Origin: an uncultured virus (IMG/VR IMGVR_UViG_3300026479_000008)
Lineage: Duplodnaviria > Heunggongvirae > Uroviricota > Caudoviricetes
Virus record (IMG/VR): IMGVR_UViG_3300026479_000008
Direction: 5' to 3' (one strand)
DNA length: 64,000 bases
Each line of letters starts with the position of its first letter. The first letter of the stretch is position 1. Below the pieces are notes generated by a model, which was not told the DNA's origin, made no database searches, and saw only the letters and a program-made list of their open reading frames with translations. The position numbers were made by a program, and so were the translations under genes. Of the stretch, positions 54,749 to 63,699 are shown piece by piece.

Positions 54749-55435
54749 TTAATTTGCTCTTAAATGATTGTAAAGCTTAAATTTTAATACTGGCAATACC
54801 CTTTCATTCATATCGAATTCTGAATTAACACTGCATCTAAAAAACCTATAATCAGAACTTTCATCTTGTACCTTTGTAATAAAAAGAGAAATTGCTCTTA
54901 TATCATACACTGTTTCTCCTTCATATTTTAGATTTAAATCTTTCCAGTTTTCTGTCAATAAAGAAGGAACTTTAAAAGAATATATTTGCATGATATCTTC
55001 AGGAGTTTTCACTAAAGCATATCCTAGTTTTTTAGTTCTTTTAATATCTGGAATTTCTGTAATGTTAATAGCCTTCTCGACTAATCTAAATACTACCCTT
55101 ACATTTTTATGTATATCTTCTAATATATCTATAGCTTTATCACAAAGCTTATACATGTCTTCTATATGTTTATCTCCTTCTGGATATTCATATTCTAAAG
55201 ACATTGTGTCAAGGTTGATTCCCTTGAGAACTCTTAAATTAACGTCTATCTCCTCCTTCCTGTGCTTAATTTTATACATTTCAAGTAGATGATCTTCTAC
55301 TTCATCGAGTATGGATATTAAGCCTCCATCTTTGAGAATCTTATTAAAAGTGTTCTCAGCTGCTAAGAGTTTATAGTATTTTAATTCAAAATCATGAGGC
55401 TCGATAGTGAGCCAATTTGGATCTAATACATTCAT
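54749..55435 (-). CDS. Hypothetical protein (resembles a conserved Bacteroidota family)
   Basis: N-terminal WL....DFE.K.Y.LLA motif, recalled rather than searched. Confidence 0.55.
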   Translation of the reverse strand: MNVLDPNWLTIEPHDFELKYYKLLAAENTFNKILKDGGLISILDEVEDHLLEMYKIKHRKEEIDVNLRVLKGINLDTMSLEYEYPEGDKHIEDMYKLCDKAIDILEDIHKNVRVVFRLVEKAINITEIPDIKRTKKLGYALVKTPEDIMQIYSFKVPSLLTENWKDLNLKYEGETVYDIRAISLFITKVQDESSDYRFFRCSVNSEFDMNERVLPVLKFKLYNHLRAN

Positions 55436-55467
55436 GGAATATTTATCTAAAATTCCACGCGTGTATT

Positions 55468-55779
55468 TTATTTTTTAGAAGATGTCTTCTTTTTAGAAGC
55501 TTTTTTAGGTGGAGTTTGTTCGGTTGGAATAACTGCTAATCCCCATTGTAGAATAAACCACTGTGCTTCTTTCTCAGCTTGTTTGATGTCTAATCCTAAT
55601 GTGTTAACAACAGTTTCTGTAATATGCTTTATAAACTTTTGCTCTTTTTCTTGAGTAGTTTTATATTCCATATACCATTGTGGATTGTCCTTAACATCAT
55701 CATAGGTTACCCCATGATCTTTTAATTGATGATTGATTAGCTCAATAAATAATTCTCTTTCAATGTCTCTGTTTCTCAT
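55468..55779 (-). CDS. Hypothetical protein
   Basis: 103-aa ORF. Confidence 0.6.
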   Translation of the reverse strand: MRNRDIERELFIELINHQLKDHGVTYDDVKDNPQWYMEYKTTQEKEQKFIKHITETVVNTLGLDIKQAEKEAQWFILQWGLAVIPTEQTPPKKASKKKTSSKK

Positions 55780-55973
55780 AATGATAGTATTGTAATTAGT
55801 GCATCCATATCCTGTAACCTAATCCATTCGTCATAGGTTAAAGAGATCATGGTGAAGTCTTTTGCCGGTGTATTTAAAAATTCAAACTCTTTCGTCGTCT
55901 CCGAAAAAGGATCACTTAATATCTTATTAAGAGAGTCTAAATCTTGCGTTTTTACGTAAATATGAATTTTCAT
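55776..55973 (-). CDS. Hypothetical protein
   Basis: 65-aa ORF with ATGA overlap. Confidence 0.55.
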   Translation of the reverse strand: MKIHIYVKTQDLDSLNKILSDPFSETTKEFEFLNTPAKDFTMISLTYDEWIRLQDMDALITILSL

Positions 55974-55985
55974 ATAATTTATATA

Positions 55986-56654
55986 TTAAGATTTCCCGAT
56001 GATTTCGTCAATAATACCATAAGCTTTAGCTTCTTTTGCATTTAACCAAAAGTCTCTAGTCGCATCTTTCATTACTTCGTCAGCTGGTTTTCCACAATAT
56101 TCTCCTAAAAGATTAAATAATTCTTTATTTACTTTTTGCCATTCTTTCCAATCTATTTCAGCATCTTGAATATTACCATTAAATCCACCAGAGGATTGGT
56201 GTAACATTGTAGTAGAATGTCTAAGTGAAGATCTTTTTCCCTTAGTTCCTGCTCCTAATAAAACAGAACCCATTGATGCAGCCATACCAGTATTTACTGT
56301 TTTAATATCTGACTTAATGTAATCCATAACATCAACCATTGAAAGTCCACTTTTAACACTTCCACCTGGAGAATCAATATGCATCGTAATATCTGTTCCT
56401 CCAACTGAGTCTAAAAACATCAACTGTGCTTGAACAATCGTAGACATATTATCATTAACAGGTCCTGCAACCCATAATAACCTATCCATCATTAATCTAG
56501 AAAAGATATCCATCTGAGTAGCTCTTAACTCTCTTTCTTCTAAGATATATGGAGTTAACGAGTTTTCAATCTGCTTCTCATAGTAATTTAATTTAGATGA
56601 TGAAACATTATGATCACTCATCGCATACTTTTCAAATTCTTTTCCGTAATTCAT
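55986..56654 (-). CDS. clpP: ATP-dependent Clp protease proteolytic subunit
   Basis: DIFSRLMMDR, IDSPGGSV, GMAASMGS (catalytic Ser), MLHQ (His), RDFW (Asp); Bacteroidota-like N-terminal extension. Confidence 0.95.
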   Translation of the reverse strand: MNYGKEFEKYAMSDHNVSSSKLNYYEKQIENSLTPYILEERELRATQMDIFSRLMMDRLLWVAGPVNDNMSTIVQAQLMFLDSVGGTDITMHIDSPGGSVKSGLSMVDVMDYIKSDIKTVNTGMAASMGSVLLGAGTKGKRSSLRHSTTMLHQSSGGFNGNIQDAEIDWKEWQKVNKELFNLLGEYCGKPADEVMKDATRDFWLNAKEAKAYGIIDEIIGKS

Positions 56655-56681
56655 ATAATTCTTTGTGTGTATTATTTTAAT

Positions 56682-56708
56682 ATTATATTAAGTTATCCTT
56701 AAATGTTT
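56682..56708 (-). promoter_or_regulatory. Putative middle promoter AAAC-N17-TATAAT (clpP)
   Basis: gAAAC atttaaggataacttaa TATAAT. Confidence 0.65.
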
Positions 56709-57522
56709 CAACATAAGAATAAGTATTATCAGATTCGGTATCATCTCCTTGTGTTATTAGATTATGATTAGTCATATACACTTGCATGTTTTTGAATTGA
56801 TAATTAATCCATACGTCAACTGGGCCGACAATAGGCAAACCTTCTAATAATTTCTTAGCTCCTTCGTATGTTAATACATAACCAGATAACCACCATACTC
56901 CATTATATAACCGTGATAGATTTTGGGAATGAGGATCCCATGTAAATCCAAATTGATTTGGCAAACTAGAAAGATACAATAAATCCCAATCATTAGGAAG
57001 TTCTTTTTCAAATATGCTTTCTATTTTATCTTGAAATTTATGACAAAATTCAAAGTCATCTTCCATTATGAGGGTGACTGGTGTTTTATTCTCTACAATT
57101 TCTTTCCAAATTCTATAGTGTGAAAATGCGATTCCAGTTTCAGCAGAAGAACATAATATCTTATTATTTCTTTTTAATTTATTTTTCATTCCGGGAGAAG
57201 GATCTATTTCCCAGTGAAATGAAAATGGATATTTGTTAATGTGTATTTTTTTAGAAAACCACTTTATTCTTTTTCCTTCTATTGCGTCAAAGAATCTTAA
57301 ATGATCTAGTAATGTTTTACGTCCCTTTAGTTTTTGGGAAGATGCTCTCTTCTCTGCTATTTTTAATCTATCTTTCCTGTATGCTAGATGAATAACTACG
57401 GTGTCGTCAATATACTTAGTCCATTCAATTCTTTTCTGTCTCTCGAATACTCGTAAGAGTCGAGAGAACCATTTTGATGTGGTTCTAGCGACTCTATTAA
57501 ATCCTTCAAGCCCGTACTTCAT
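56683..57522 (-). CDS. Glycosyltransferase family 25 (LgtB/COLGALT-like)
   Basis: VIHL..RKDR, FDAIEG, E.GIAFSHYRIWKEIV, LIMEDD, WDLLYL, GYVLT..GAKKLL, PVD. Confidence 0.85.
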   Translation of the reverse strand: MKYGLEGFNRVARTTSKWFSRLLRVFERQKRIEWTKYIDDTVVIHLAYRKDRLKIAEKRASSQKLKGRKTLLDHLRFFDAIEGKRIKWFSKKIHINKYPFSFHWEIDPSPGMKNKLKRNNKILCSSAETGIAFSHYRIWKEIVENKTPVTLIMEDDFEFCHKFQDKIESIFEKELPNDWDLLYLSSLPNQFGFTWDPHSQNLSRLYNGVWWLSGYVLTYEGAKKLLEGLPIVGPVDVWINYQFKNMQVYMTNHNLITQGDDTESDNTYSYVETFKDNLI

Positions 57523-57530
57523 TATTGAAT

Positions 57531-57833
57531 TTATATTCTATTTAGCAAGTCTGTGATGTGTTTACATTTTTCGTAATTTTCTCTTTCTTTAAAAAATTCT
57601 AGAGATTTTTGCAAAGACTTATTATATCTATCTTCATCCAAGAGGGATTCATACTCATTTCCTTGTTCATCTATCAATTTACATAGTATATTTCCTTTCA
57701 TTGATATTCCATCAATAGTATCTTCTATGTGTTGTACGATATTTAAATGAAAACCGACAATGTCATCTATGCCATCTTCCAAGGAACCCAGTTCCATCGT
57801 CCTAGTGTTAATCCTGAATTTCGGGTATTCCAT
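57531..57833 (-). CDS. Small protein with C-terminal UVR-like motif
   Basis: LQKSLEFFKERENYEKCKHITDLL. Confidence 0.65.
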   Translation of the reverse strand: MEYPKFRINTRTMELGSLEDGIDDIVGFHLNIVQHIEDTIDGISMKGNILCKLIDEQGNEYESLLDEDRYNKSLQKSLEFFKERENYEKCKHITDLLNRI

Positions 57834-58707
57834 CCTTTCCTATGAGTTCTTCTTCATTAATAATACCTGCGAATGATTCTAGAATTTGTCTGAATTCTTT
57901 CTGTGTAGGTTTTTCAGTTTCTATAGTCTCGTTTACTTTTTCTATAAAGGATAATCCATGATCTGTTAATAGCATCTTACCCGCTTCAATGGTAAAGAAT
58001 GGTTGATCTATTATCATTGCGTATTGTGTAGAATCTTCTATAATTTCTTGTTGAATTTTAGCTGCTAATTCGAAGTGTCTTTCGTAGAAATGAGAGTTAT
58101 CTGCACAATGGTAATATACTCCTAGGTCTAGTTCAGGGTATGTGTCTTTTAACCATAGATGAACATGTTGGTGAACGAATGCAAAGAAAGGTGCGTCAAA
58201 CGTTAATCCATAGAACACATCATTAGATCTCATTTGAACTTTCATATTCAATTGATTATTTCTAATAAAGAAATTTAAGTACATAGTACATACAAAATCT
58301 TTATTACCTTCAAACTGAAATTTGGGTTGATTAAGAAATGCTATCGCCTGTCTCGTGTTTTGATCCGCTTTTAATGAATCTACAACCCATTCTAATTGTT
58401 CATTAAATAATAGTGAACCGTAGTTTGAGTTAATTTCATTTGAATTAGGATTAGTTAATGTAGACCAGAATCCTGAAAATTGACCTATATAATCTACATC
58501 GTTATCTTTTCGTAGATACCATGTTAATTCACCTGCAAAGTATTTCCAGTTGAATTTTCTATTTTCAAAATTAGCAATAGGCATGTAAGGATCTATAGGT
58601 AAAGTTGTAAGGGCTAATTCCTTTACTTTCATATCACGTGGTTGTGATACACTTCCTATATCGTCTATGTTTGTAATTGTTTTTGAGAATTGACTTGAAA
58701 AATTCAT
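57808..58707 (-). CDS. Thymidylate synthase superfamily enzyme, dCMP hydroxymethylase-like
   Basis: NSNYG, TRQA, KDFVCT (catalytic Cys), MRSNDVFYGLTFD, H.YERHF. Confidence 0.8.
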   Translation of the reverse strand: MNFSSQFSKTITNIDDIGSVSQPRDMKVKELALTTLPIDPYMPIANFENRKFNWKYFAGELTWYLRKDNDVDYIGQFSGFWSTLTNPNSNEINSNYGSLLFNEQLEWVVDSLKADQNTRQAIAFLNQPKFQFEGNKDFVCTMYLNFFIRNNQLNMKVQMRSNDVFYGLTFDAPFFAFVHQHVHLWLKDTYPELDLGVYYHCADNSHFYERHFELAAKIQQEIIEDSTQYAMIIDQPFFTIEAGKMLLTDHGLSFIEKVNETIETEKPTQKEFRQILESFAGIINEEELIGKDGIPEIQD

Positions 58708-58728
58708 TTAATAAGTTATTAGTTTATT

Positions 58729-58755
58729 ATTATACTACTTTTTAATAGAAAGTTT
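58729..58755 (-). promoter_or_regulatory. Putative middle promoter AAAC-N17-TATAAT
   Basis: taAAC tttctattaaaaagtag TATAAT. Confidence 0.7.
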
Positions 58756-60738
58756 ATCTTCTTTCTTCGTATGATTGATTGTGTACACCTCGTCTCCTCT
58801 AACTATTTCTCCTTTAATAATAGCATCCGCTAAAAGATCTTCAATGTAAGTTTGAACCGCTCTCTTCAAGGGTCTTGCACCATAATCAGGATCATATCCT
58901 TTTTCTGCTAAGAATTCCTTTGCTTGCTTAGTAACTTTAATATTATATTTCTGATCAAACATTCTAATTACCAGGTGTCTAACTTCAATATCAACAATTT
59001 GAAGAATATCTTCATGCTTTAATTGGTCGAATAATACTACATCATCTAATCTATTTAAAAATTCCGGTGCAAACTTATTTTTAAGTTCCTTTGCGATGAT
59101 AGCTTCAGTGTGTGCTTTTCTTCCAGCGATTGAAGATTTCTTAGTTTCAAATCCAATACCCGTTCCGAACTCACTTACTTTTTTAGCACCGACATTAGAT
59201 GTCATAATGATAATCGTATTCGTAAAGTCAACTGTTCTTCCTAATGAATCTGTTAATCTTCCTTCGTCTAATACTTGTAGTAAAGTATTGAATACATCAG
59301 GGTGTGCTTTTTCAATTTCATCGAAAAGTACAACCGAATAAGGTCTTCTTCTAACCTGTTCTGTTAATTGACCGCCATCTTCATGACCAACATATCCAGG
59401 AGGAGAACCAATTAATCTTGATACTGCAAACTTTTCCATGTATTCGCTCATATCAATTCTAATTAAATGATCTTCTGATCCAAAGTAATAATTAGTAATC
59501 GCCTTTACTGTTTCTGTTTTACCAACACCAGTTGGTCCTAAGAACATAAAAGAACCTATAGGTTTTTTAGCAGATGATACACCAGTTCTTGATCTTTTAA
59601 TTACCTTAGAGAGTGCGTCTACTGCTTGATCTTGTCCAATAATCATTTTCTTAAGCTCTGTTTCCATTGCTAGGATTATTTTACTTTCATCACCTGTCAT
59701 TCTTGTTACAGGAATTCCTGTTGCTTGTGAAATAGTTTCAGCAATATCTTCGGCTGTTACTTTTTTCTTTTTATCTCTTAGTGACTTTTCCCATGCAGAT
59801 ATTTTCTTTTCAATTAAATTCTTAGATTGAATTTCTTTATCTCTAAAGTGAGCAGCTTTTTCATAGTCTTGTTCTTCAACTGCCTTTAATTTGTCAAGTG
59901 TTAAAGCTTCTACCTCAGTCTCCGCTCTTTTAATATGCACAGGTACTTTGATTTCGCTTAAGTGAACTTTTGCACCTGATTCATCCATTAAATCAATAGC
60001 CTTATCAGGAAGTTCTCTACTTGTAATATACCTTGTAGAAAGAGAGACACATGCTTCTAGTGCATCATCAGTATATTCAACTGCATGATAATCTTCATAG
60101 TTTCCTTTAATTCTTTGTAAGATTTCGATAGTATCTTCCTCGCTAGGTGGATCTATAAATACTTCTTGGAATCTTCTAGTAAGTGCACCATCATCTTCAA
60201 TATTTTCTCTATATTCATCTAAAGTAGTTGCACCAATACATTGTACTTGTCCTCTCGCTAATGCAGGTTTTAATATATTTGAAGCGTCTAAAGATCCACT
60301 AACACCACCTGCTCCAACGATTGTATGTAATTCATCGATAAAAACAATGATGTCTTTGTTATTCTTTAATTCCTCAACGATAAGTTTCATTCTTTCTTCA
60401 AACTCACCTCTATATTTTGTACCTGCTACGATATTAGAAATATTGATAGAAACTATTCTTTTCTTTAAAAGAGTTCTTGCTACTTTCTTATCTACGATTC
60501 TTTGTGCAATCGCCTCTACTAACGCAGTCTTACCTACACCAGGATCTCCTAAAATAATAGGATTATTCTTCTTTCTTCTCGATAGGATTTGGCAAATTCT
60601 ATACACTTCTTTTTCCCTTCCGATAATAGGATCTAGATTTCCTTTTGCAGCTTCAGCTGTTAGGTCTTCTCCATACTCATCAACGTAAGGTGTTTTTCTT
60701 TTACCGCCTTTTCCTGGATTTTCAAATTGTTCTGCCAT
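58735..60738 (-). CDS. clpC: ClpC-type AAA+ unfoldase lacking the N-terminal Clp-repeat domain
   Basis: Two AAA modules (GDPGVGKT/IDE and GPTGVGKT/FDE), pore loops KYRG and GYVG, UVR M-domain (EQDYEKAAHFRD), IGF ClpP-docking loop; only about 15 aa precede the D1 module. Confidence 0.92.
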   Translation of the reverse strand: MAEQFENPGKGGKRKTPYVDEYGEDLTAEAAKGNLDPIIGREKEVYRICQILSRRKKNNPIILGDPGVGKTALVEAIAQRIVDKKVARTLLKKRIVSINISNIVAGTKYRGEFEERMKLIVEELKNNKDIIVFIDELHTIVGAGGVSGSLDASNILKPALARGQVQCIGATTLDEYRENIEDDGALTRRFQEVFIDPPSEEDTIEILQRIKGNYEDYHAVEYTDDALEACVSLSTRYITSRELPDKAIDLMDESGAKVHLSEIKVPVHIKRAETEVEALTLDKLKAVEEQDYEKAAHFRDKEIQSKNLIEKKISAWEKSLRDKKKKVTAEDIAETISQATGIPVTRMTGDESKIILAMETELKKMIIGQDQAVDALSKVIKRSRTGVSSAKKPIGSFMFLGPTGVGKTETVKAITNYYFGSEDHLIRIDMSEYMEKFAVSRLIGSPPGYVGHEDGGQLTEQVRRRPYSVVLFDEIEKAHPDVFNTLLQVLDEGRLTDSLGRTVDFTNTIIIMTSNVGAKKVSEFGTGIGFETKKSSIAGRKAHTEAIIAKELKNKFAPEFLNRLDDVVLFDQLKHEDILQIVDIEVRHLVIRMFDQKYNIKVTKQAKEFLAEKGYDPDYGARPLKRAVQTYIEDLLADAIIKGEIVRGDEVYTINHTKKEDKLSIKK

Positions 60739-60761
60739 TGTAGAATTTAATTGTTATACTT

Positions 60762-60788
60762 ATTTTACTCCGTTTTTAGGAATTGTTT
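60762..60788 (-). promoter_or_regulatory. Putative middle promoter AAAC-N17-TAAAAT (clpC)
   Basis: taAAC aattcctaaaaacggag TAAAAT. Confidence 0.6.
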
Positions 60789-61242
60789 ATTTTGACAGAT
60801 TATCTGCGGCTGCTATTGCAGGTAAGATATCTGGCTTTATTCTTACTTTAATTCCAAGAGACTTAACATAACCTATCGCAGCGTTAACTACTTTATTAGA
60901 AGCGTGTTGTTCTTGGTGGTTGAGGTCTAAATCAATTGTATGTATATTTATCCCATTATCCCGAAGATATTGTGTAACTTCGACGGATCTTTCAACTTCT
61001 CCCCATAACTTTCTCCACATATCTCGAATAGGTTCTACCTTTTCCTTCTTATAAAGAACATGGCATCCAGTATTTCCAACATGAATTACAACCGTGCTTA
61101 CGTATGTTGTAAACTCACCCTTTACATGTGAATCACATCCTACGTAAATTCGAATTGAATTATTGGAATTTCTTTTTATGTATTGTTTCAGATATGTCGC
61201 TAAATCAATTTGCGACTTATCAGCAAGTCTTCTGAACTTCAT
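60787..61242 (-). CDS. RNase H-like protein (YkuK/DUF458 family)
   Basis: IYVGCDS, L..EV.RS, IDLDLN, KPD..AI.AAD. Confidence 0.8.
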   Translation of the reverse strand: MKFRRLADKSQIDLATYLKQYIKRNSNNSIRIYVGCDSHVKGEFTTYVSTVVIHVGNTGCHVLYKKEKVEPIRDMWRKLWGEVERSVEVTQYLRDNGINIHTIDLDLNHQEQHASNKVVNAAIGYVKSLGIKVRIKPDILPAIAAADNLSK

Positions 61243-61254
61243 CTATTATATTTA

Positions 61255-61920
61255 TTAGAAATTGGTGGAGTCGGTATTCTTAGAAAACTTATTATGATAC
61301 TCTGTAATTTTAGACACTGCTTCTTCTGCAGTATCAACTACTCTAAATAAATCAAAATCTTTTTGACATATTGCACCATGTTTCCATAAAGTATTTTGCA
61401 TCCAATCTACGAGACCTTCCCAATAATCTCTACCTACAAGAACAATAGGATATTTTACATTATGTCCGCATTGTGCAAGTGTTATGGCTTCGAATAACTC
61501 ATCTAAGGTTCCAACACCTCCTGGGCAAATAACAAATGCCTGTGAATATTTAAGGAACATTACTTTTCGTGTAAAGAAATATCTGTTCTCGACTCCTAAA
61601 TCAACGTAATCGTTCATGCTAGCTTCGAATGGTAATTCAATTCCAACACCTATACTTTTACCTAATGCTTCATGTGCTCCTTTATTTGCAGCTTCCATAA
61701 TTCCAGGACCACCTCCTGTGATTACACCAAACCCTGCTTCAACGAGAAGCTTTCCAATTTTCTCAGCTTCTTTATACATTGGATTTGTTGATAATGTTCT
61801 AGCGCTTCCAAATACAGAAACACAAGGACCTAATTCATTAAACGTATCAAACCCCTTTGTGAATTCTCCCTGAATTCTTAGAATCTGCCAAGCATCTTCA
61901 GATTTTCTATTGTTACTCAT
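61255..61920 (-). CDS. LOG family nucleotide monophosphate phosphoribohydrolase (TIGR00730-like)
   Basis: VSVFGSAR, ITGGGPGIMEAAN.GA, YFFTRKVMF, PGGVGTLDE. Confidence 0.92.
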   Translation of the reverse strand: MSNNRKSEDAWQILRIQGEFTKGFDTFNELGPCVSVFGSARTLSTNPMYKEAEKIGKLLVEAGFGVITGGGPGIMEAANKGAHEALGKSIGVGIELPFEASMNDYVDLGVENRYFFTRKVMFLKYSQAFVICPGGVGTLDELFEAITLAQCGHNVKYPIVLVGRDYWEGLVDWMQNTLWKHGAICQKDFDLFRVVDTAEEAVSKITEYHNKFSKNTDSTNF

Positions 61921-61950
61921 TATGTGTTTTGATTATGTGAATACTTTAAT

Positions 61951-61977
61951 ATTATACTAAGATATTCCTAAAAGTTT
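61951..61977 (-). promoter_or_regulatory. Putative middle promoter AAAC-N17-TATAAT (LOG)
   Basis: taAAC ttttaggaatatcttag TATAAT. Confidence 0.7.
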
Positions 61978-61981
61978 AGAT

Positions 61982-62012
61982 AAAAAAAGACCAATTCGTT
62001 AGAATTGGTCTT
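61982..62012 (-). terminator. Rho-independent terminator
   Basis: Minus strand AAGACCAATTC-TAAC-GAATTGGTCTTTTTTT. Confidence 0.85.
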
Positions 62013-62179
62013 AAAATAAATTATTTCTGTATAGCTATTCGTTCAAGTTTAAATATAAAACTTATGGTTTATATATCAATGTTATTTGGGTGAAATGTAA
62101 TATTTTAATAAATTAGTAGAATAAAATGATAATATCAAAATATCATATTATCATAATTTTAGAATCTTAAAATATCTTA

Positions 62180-62416
62180 TTATTTTAATCTAATATTATT
62201 TACTGATCTTCCAGTACATCTCCAACATAAAGAAGCTGTTGTATCTGTGCCAACCTCGGACCATTCGTCGCATTCTCCGTTCTCTGGTGCAAATTCAGAA
62301 TATTTACTCATAGTTGGTTTTGAGTTTTGACATATCATCATTCTCATACCATTTACGTCTTTGGTTTTCCAATGTGTTGTTTTCTTAGCCATTTTAGTTT
62401 GTATTAATCTTATCAT
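62180..62416 (-). CDS. Small Cys-containing protein (possible Zn ribbon); start probably 62392
   Basis: C...C...CWRC pattern. Confidence 0.55.
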   Translation of the reverse strand: MIRLIQTKMAKKTTHWKTKDVNGMRMMICQNSKPTMSKYSEFAPENGECDEWSEVGTDTTASLCWRCTGRSVNNIRLK

Positions 62417-62428
62417 AATATTAAGTTA

Positions 62429-62695
62429 TTATAATAGGTCTTCGTCTTCTTCATCTTTAAAATCTAGATCTATTTTAAAATTCTGCATTTGTGTATACAA
62501 ATCGTCTAGTATATGTGCAGCTACTAAAAAATTAACAGTAATTCCTATTGAAAAGATCCATCCAAACGACCATCCTGATATCCATGCAATGAATGAAGAT
62601 ACGAGAGCTATTAATACAGCTGGAATTGCAAAGATAGCTGCAATGACACTAACGATTAGTGCACAGTATATCATTTTTGATAAGACGTTATTCAT
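62429..62695 (-). CDS. Small membrane protein (2 TM)
   Basis: Two hydrophobic helices and an acidic tail. Confidence 0.6.
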   Translation of the reverse strand: MNNVLSKMIYCALIVSVIAAIFAIPAVLIALVSSFIAWISGWSFGWIFSIGITVNFLVAAHILDDLYTQMQNFKIDLDFKDEEDEDLL

Positions 62696-62722
62696 ATTAA
62701 AAGTTTAAGTTAATCCTTTAAT

Positions 62723-62749
62723 ATTATACTCTAATAATCTTAATTGTTT
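62723..62749 (-). promoter_or_regulatory. Putative middle promoter AAAC-N17-TATAAT
   Basis: gAAAC aattaagattattagag TATAAT. Confidence 0.7.
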
Positions 62750-63699
62750 CAATTACCCTTTTTTCTTGAAGGAGGAGAGCTTGAACGAACAGGTGTCGAA
62801 GATCTTGTATTAGATGGACGAGAATTATTAATCACAGGTCTATTATTATTAGATGGACGAGAATTATTGTTAAACGTTGGGCGATTATTTCTCACTGGCG
62901 GTTTTTCTCTAATAATTCTTGGCCTAGTGTTTGTATTATTAGAGTTGTTCTCGGGTCTCTGATAAACTCTTACTCGTGTGTTATTATTTCTATTCGGACT
63001 ATTATTGATGATAACCTCATTGTTCCTAGTATTATTAGTGCTTCTTCTAGTAGTCGTACTTCTAGTTCTTCTTCCATTATTTACTTCAGTTCTAATACTT
63101 GAACGTCTGCCATTAATATGCACTGTATTTGTTCTGCCACTTCTCCAACCTGGGATTCCATAGACGTTATTACCATAATACGGCCATCCTCCATAATAAT
63201 TATTAAAGTGTGAACCATACCATCCATAATGGTTTCCATATCCCCAGCCATGATTATTCCAACCATAGTAGATTCCATATCCCCATCTATCATATCCAAA
63301 TGGTGACCATCTATGAGGAGAGCCCCAAGAATTCCAGCCTGTATAACCCCAAGCCCAATCATTCCACATCTGATCTCTATTCCAGCTCCAATAATAATTA
63401 TTCCATCTAGAATCGTATTGTCTTCCTAGTAATCTATTATTCCAATCAAATGACCTCGGTTGACTCAATGCGTATTGCGCAAAGTCTAATCTGAAGCTTA
63501 GATCTGTTCTTAGTTTATTTCTAAATTGAAATTCGGATAGCGTGTCTATTTTAACATCTCCGAAGTGTTGCATCGACGTCGACACATTGTGCGCCGAAAC
63601 ATCGTTATTTTGATCGTAACCCATCAATCGAAATTGTGTGCTACAAGAGGCTAGAAGAAAGATTCCTAGCATTAGAATTAAGTGGTTTAGTTGTTTCAT
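62749..63699 (-). CDS. Putative lipoprotein with W/G/Y-rich middle and N/R/S-rich disordered tail
   Basis: Signal peptide and lipobox LLAS-C at Cys19; GATATATA at 63706-63713. Confidence 0.75.
   Translation of the reverse strand: MKQLNHLILMLGIFLLASCSTQFRLMGYDQNNDVSAHNVSTSMQHFGDVKIDTLSEFQFRNKLRTDLSFRLDFAQYALSQPRSFDWNNRLLGRQYDSRWNNYYWSWNRDQMWNDWAWGYTGWNSWGSPHRWSPFGYDRWGYGIYYGWNNHGWGYGNHYGWYGSHFNNYYGGWPYYGNNVYGIPGWRSGRTNTVHINGRRSSIRTEVNNGRRTRSTTTRRSTNNTRNNEVIINNSPNRNNNTRVRVYQRPENNSNNTNTRPRIIREKPPVRNNRPTFNNNSRPSNNNRPVINNSRPSNTRSSTPVRSSSPPSRKKGN

Noticed and set aside
57808..58707. Calling this gene thyA
   Set aside because: The specificity residue is Asp rather than Asn, so a canonical thymidylate synthase call is not supported
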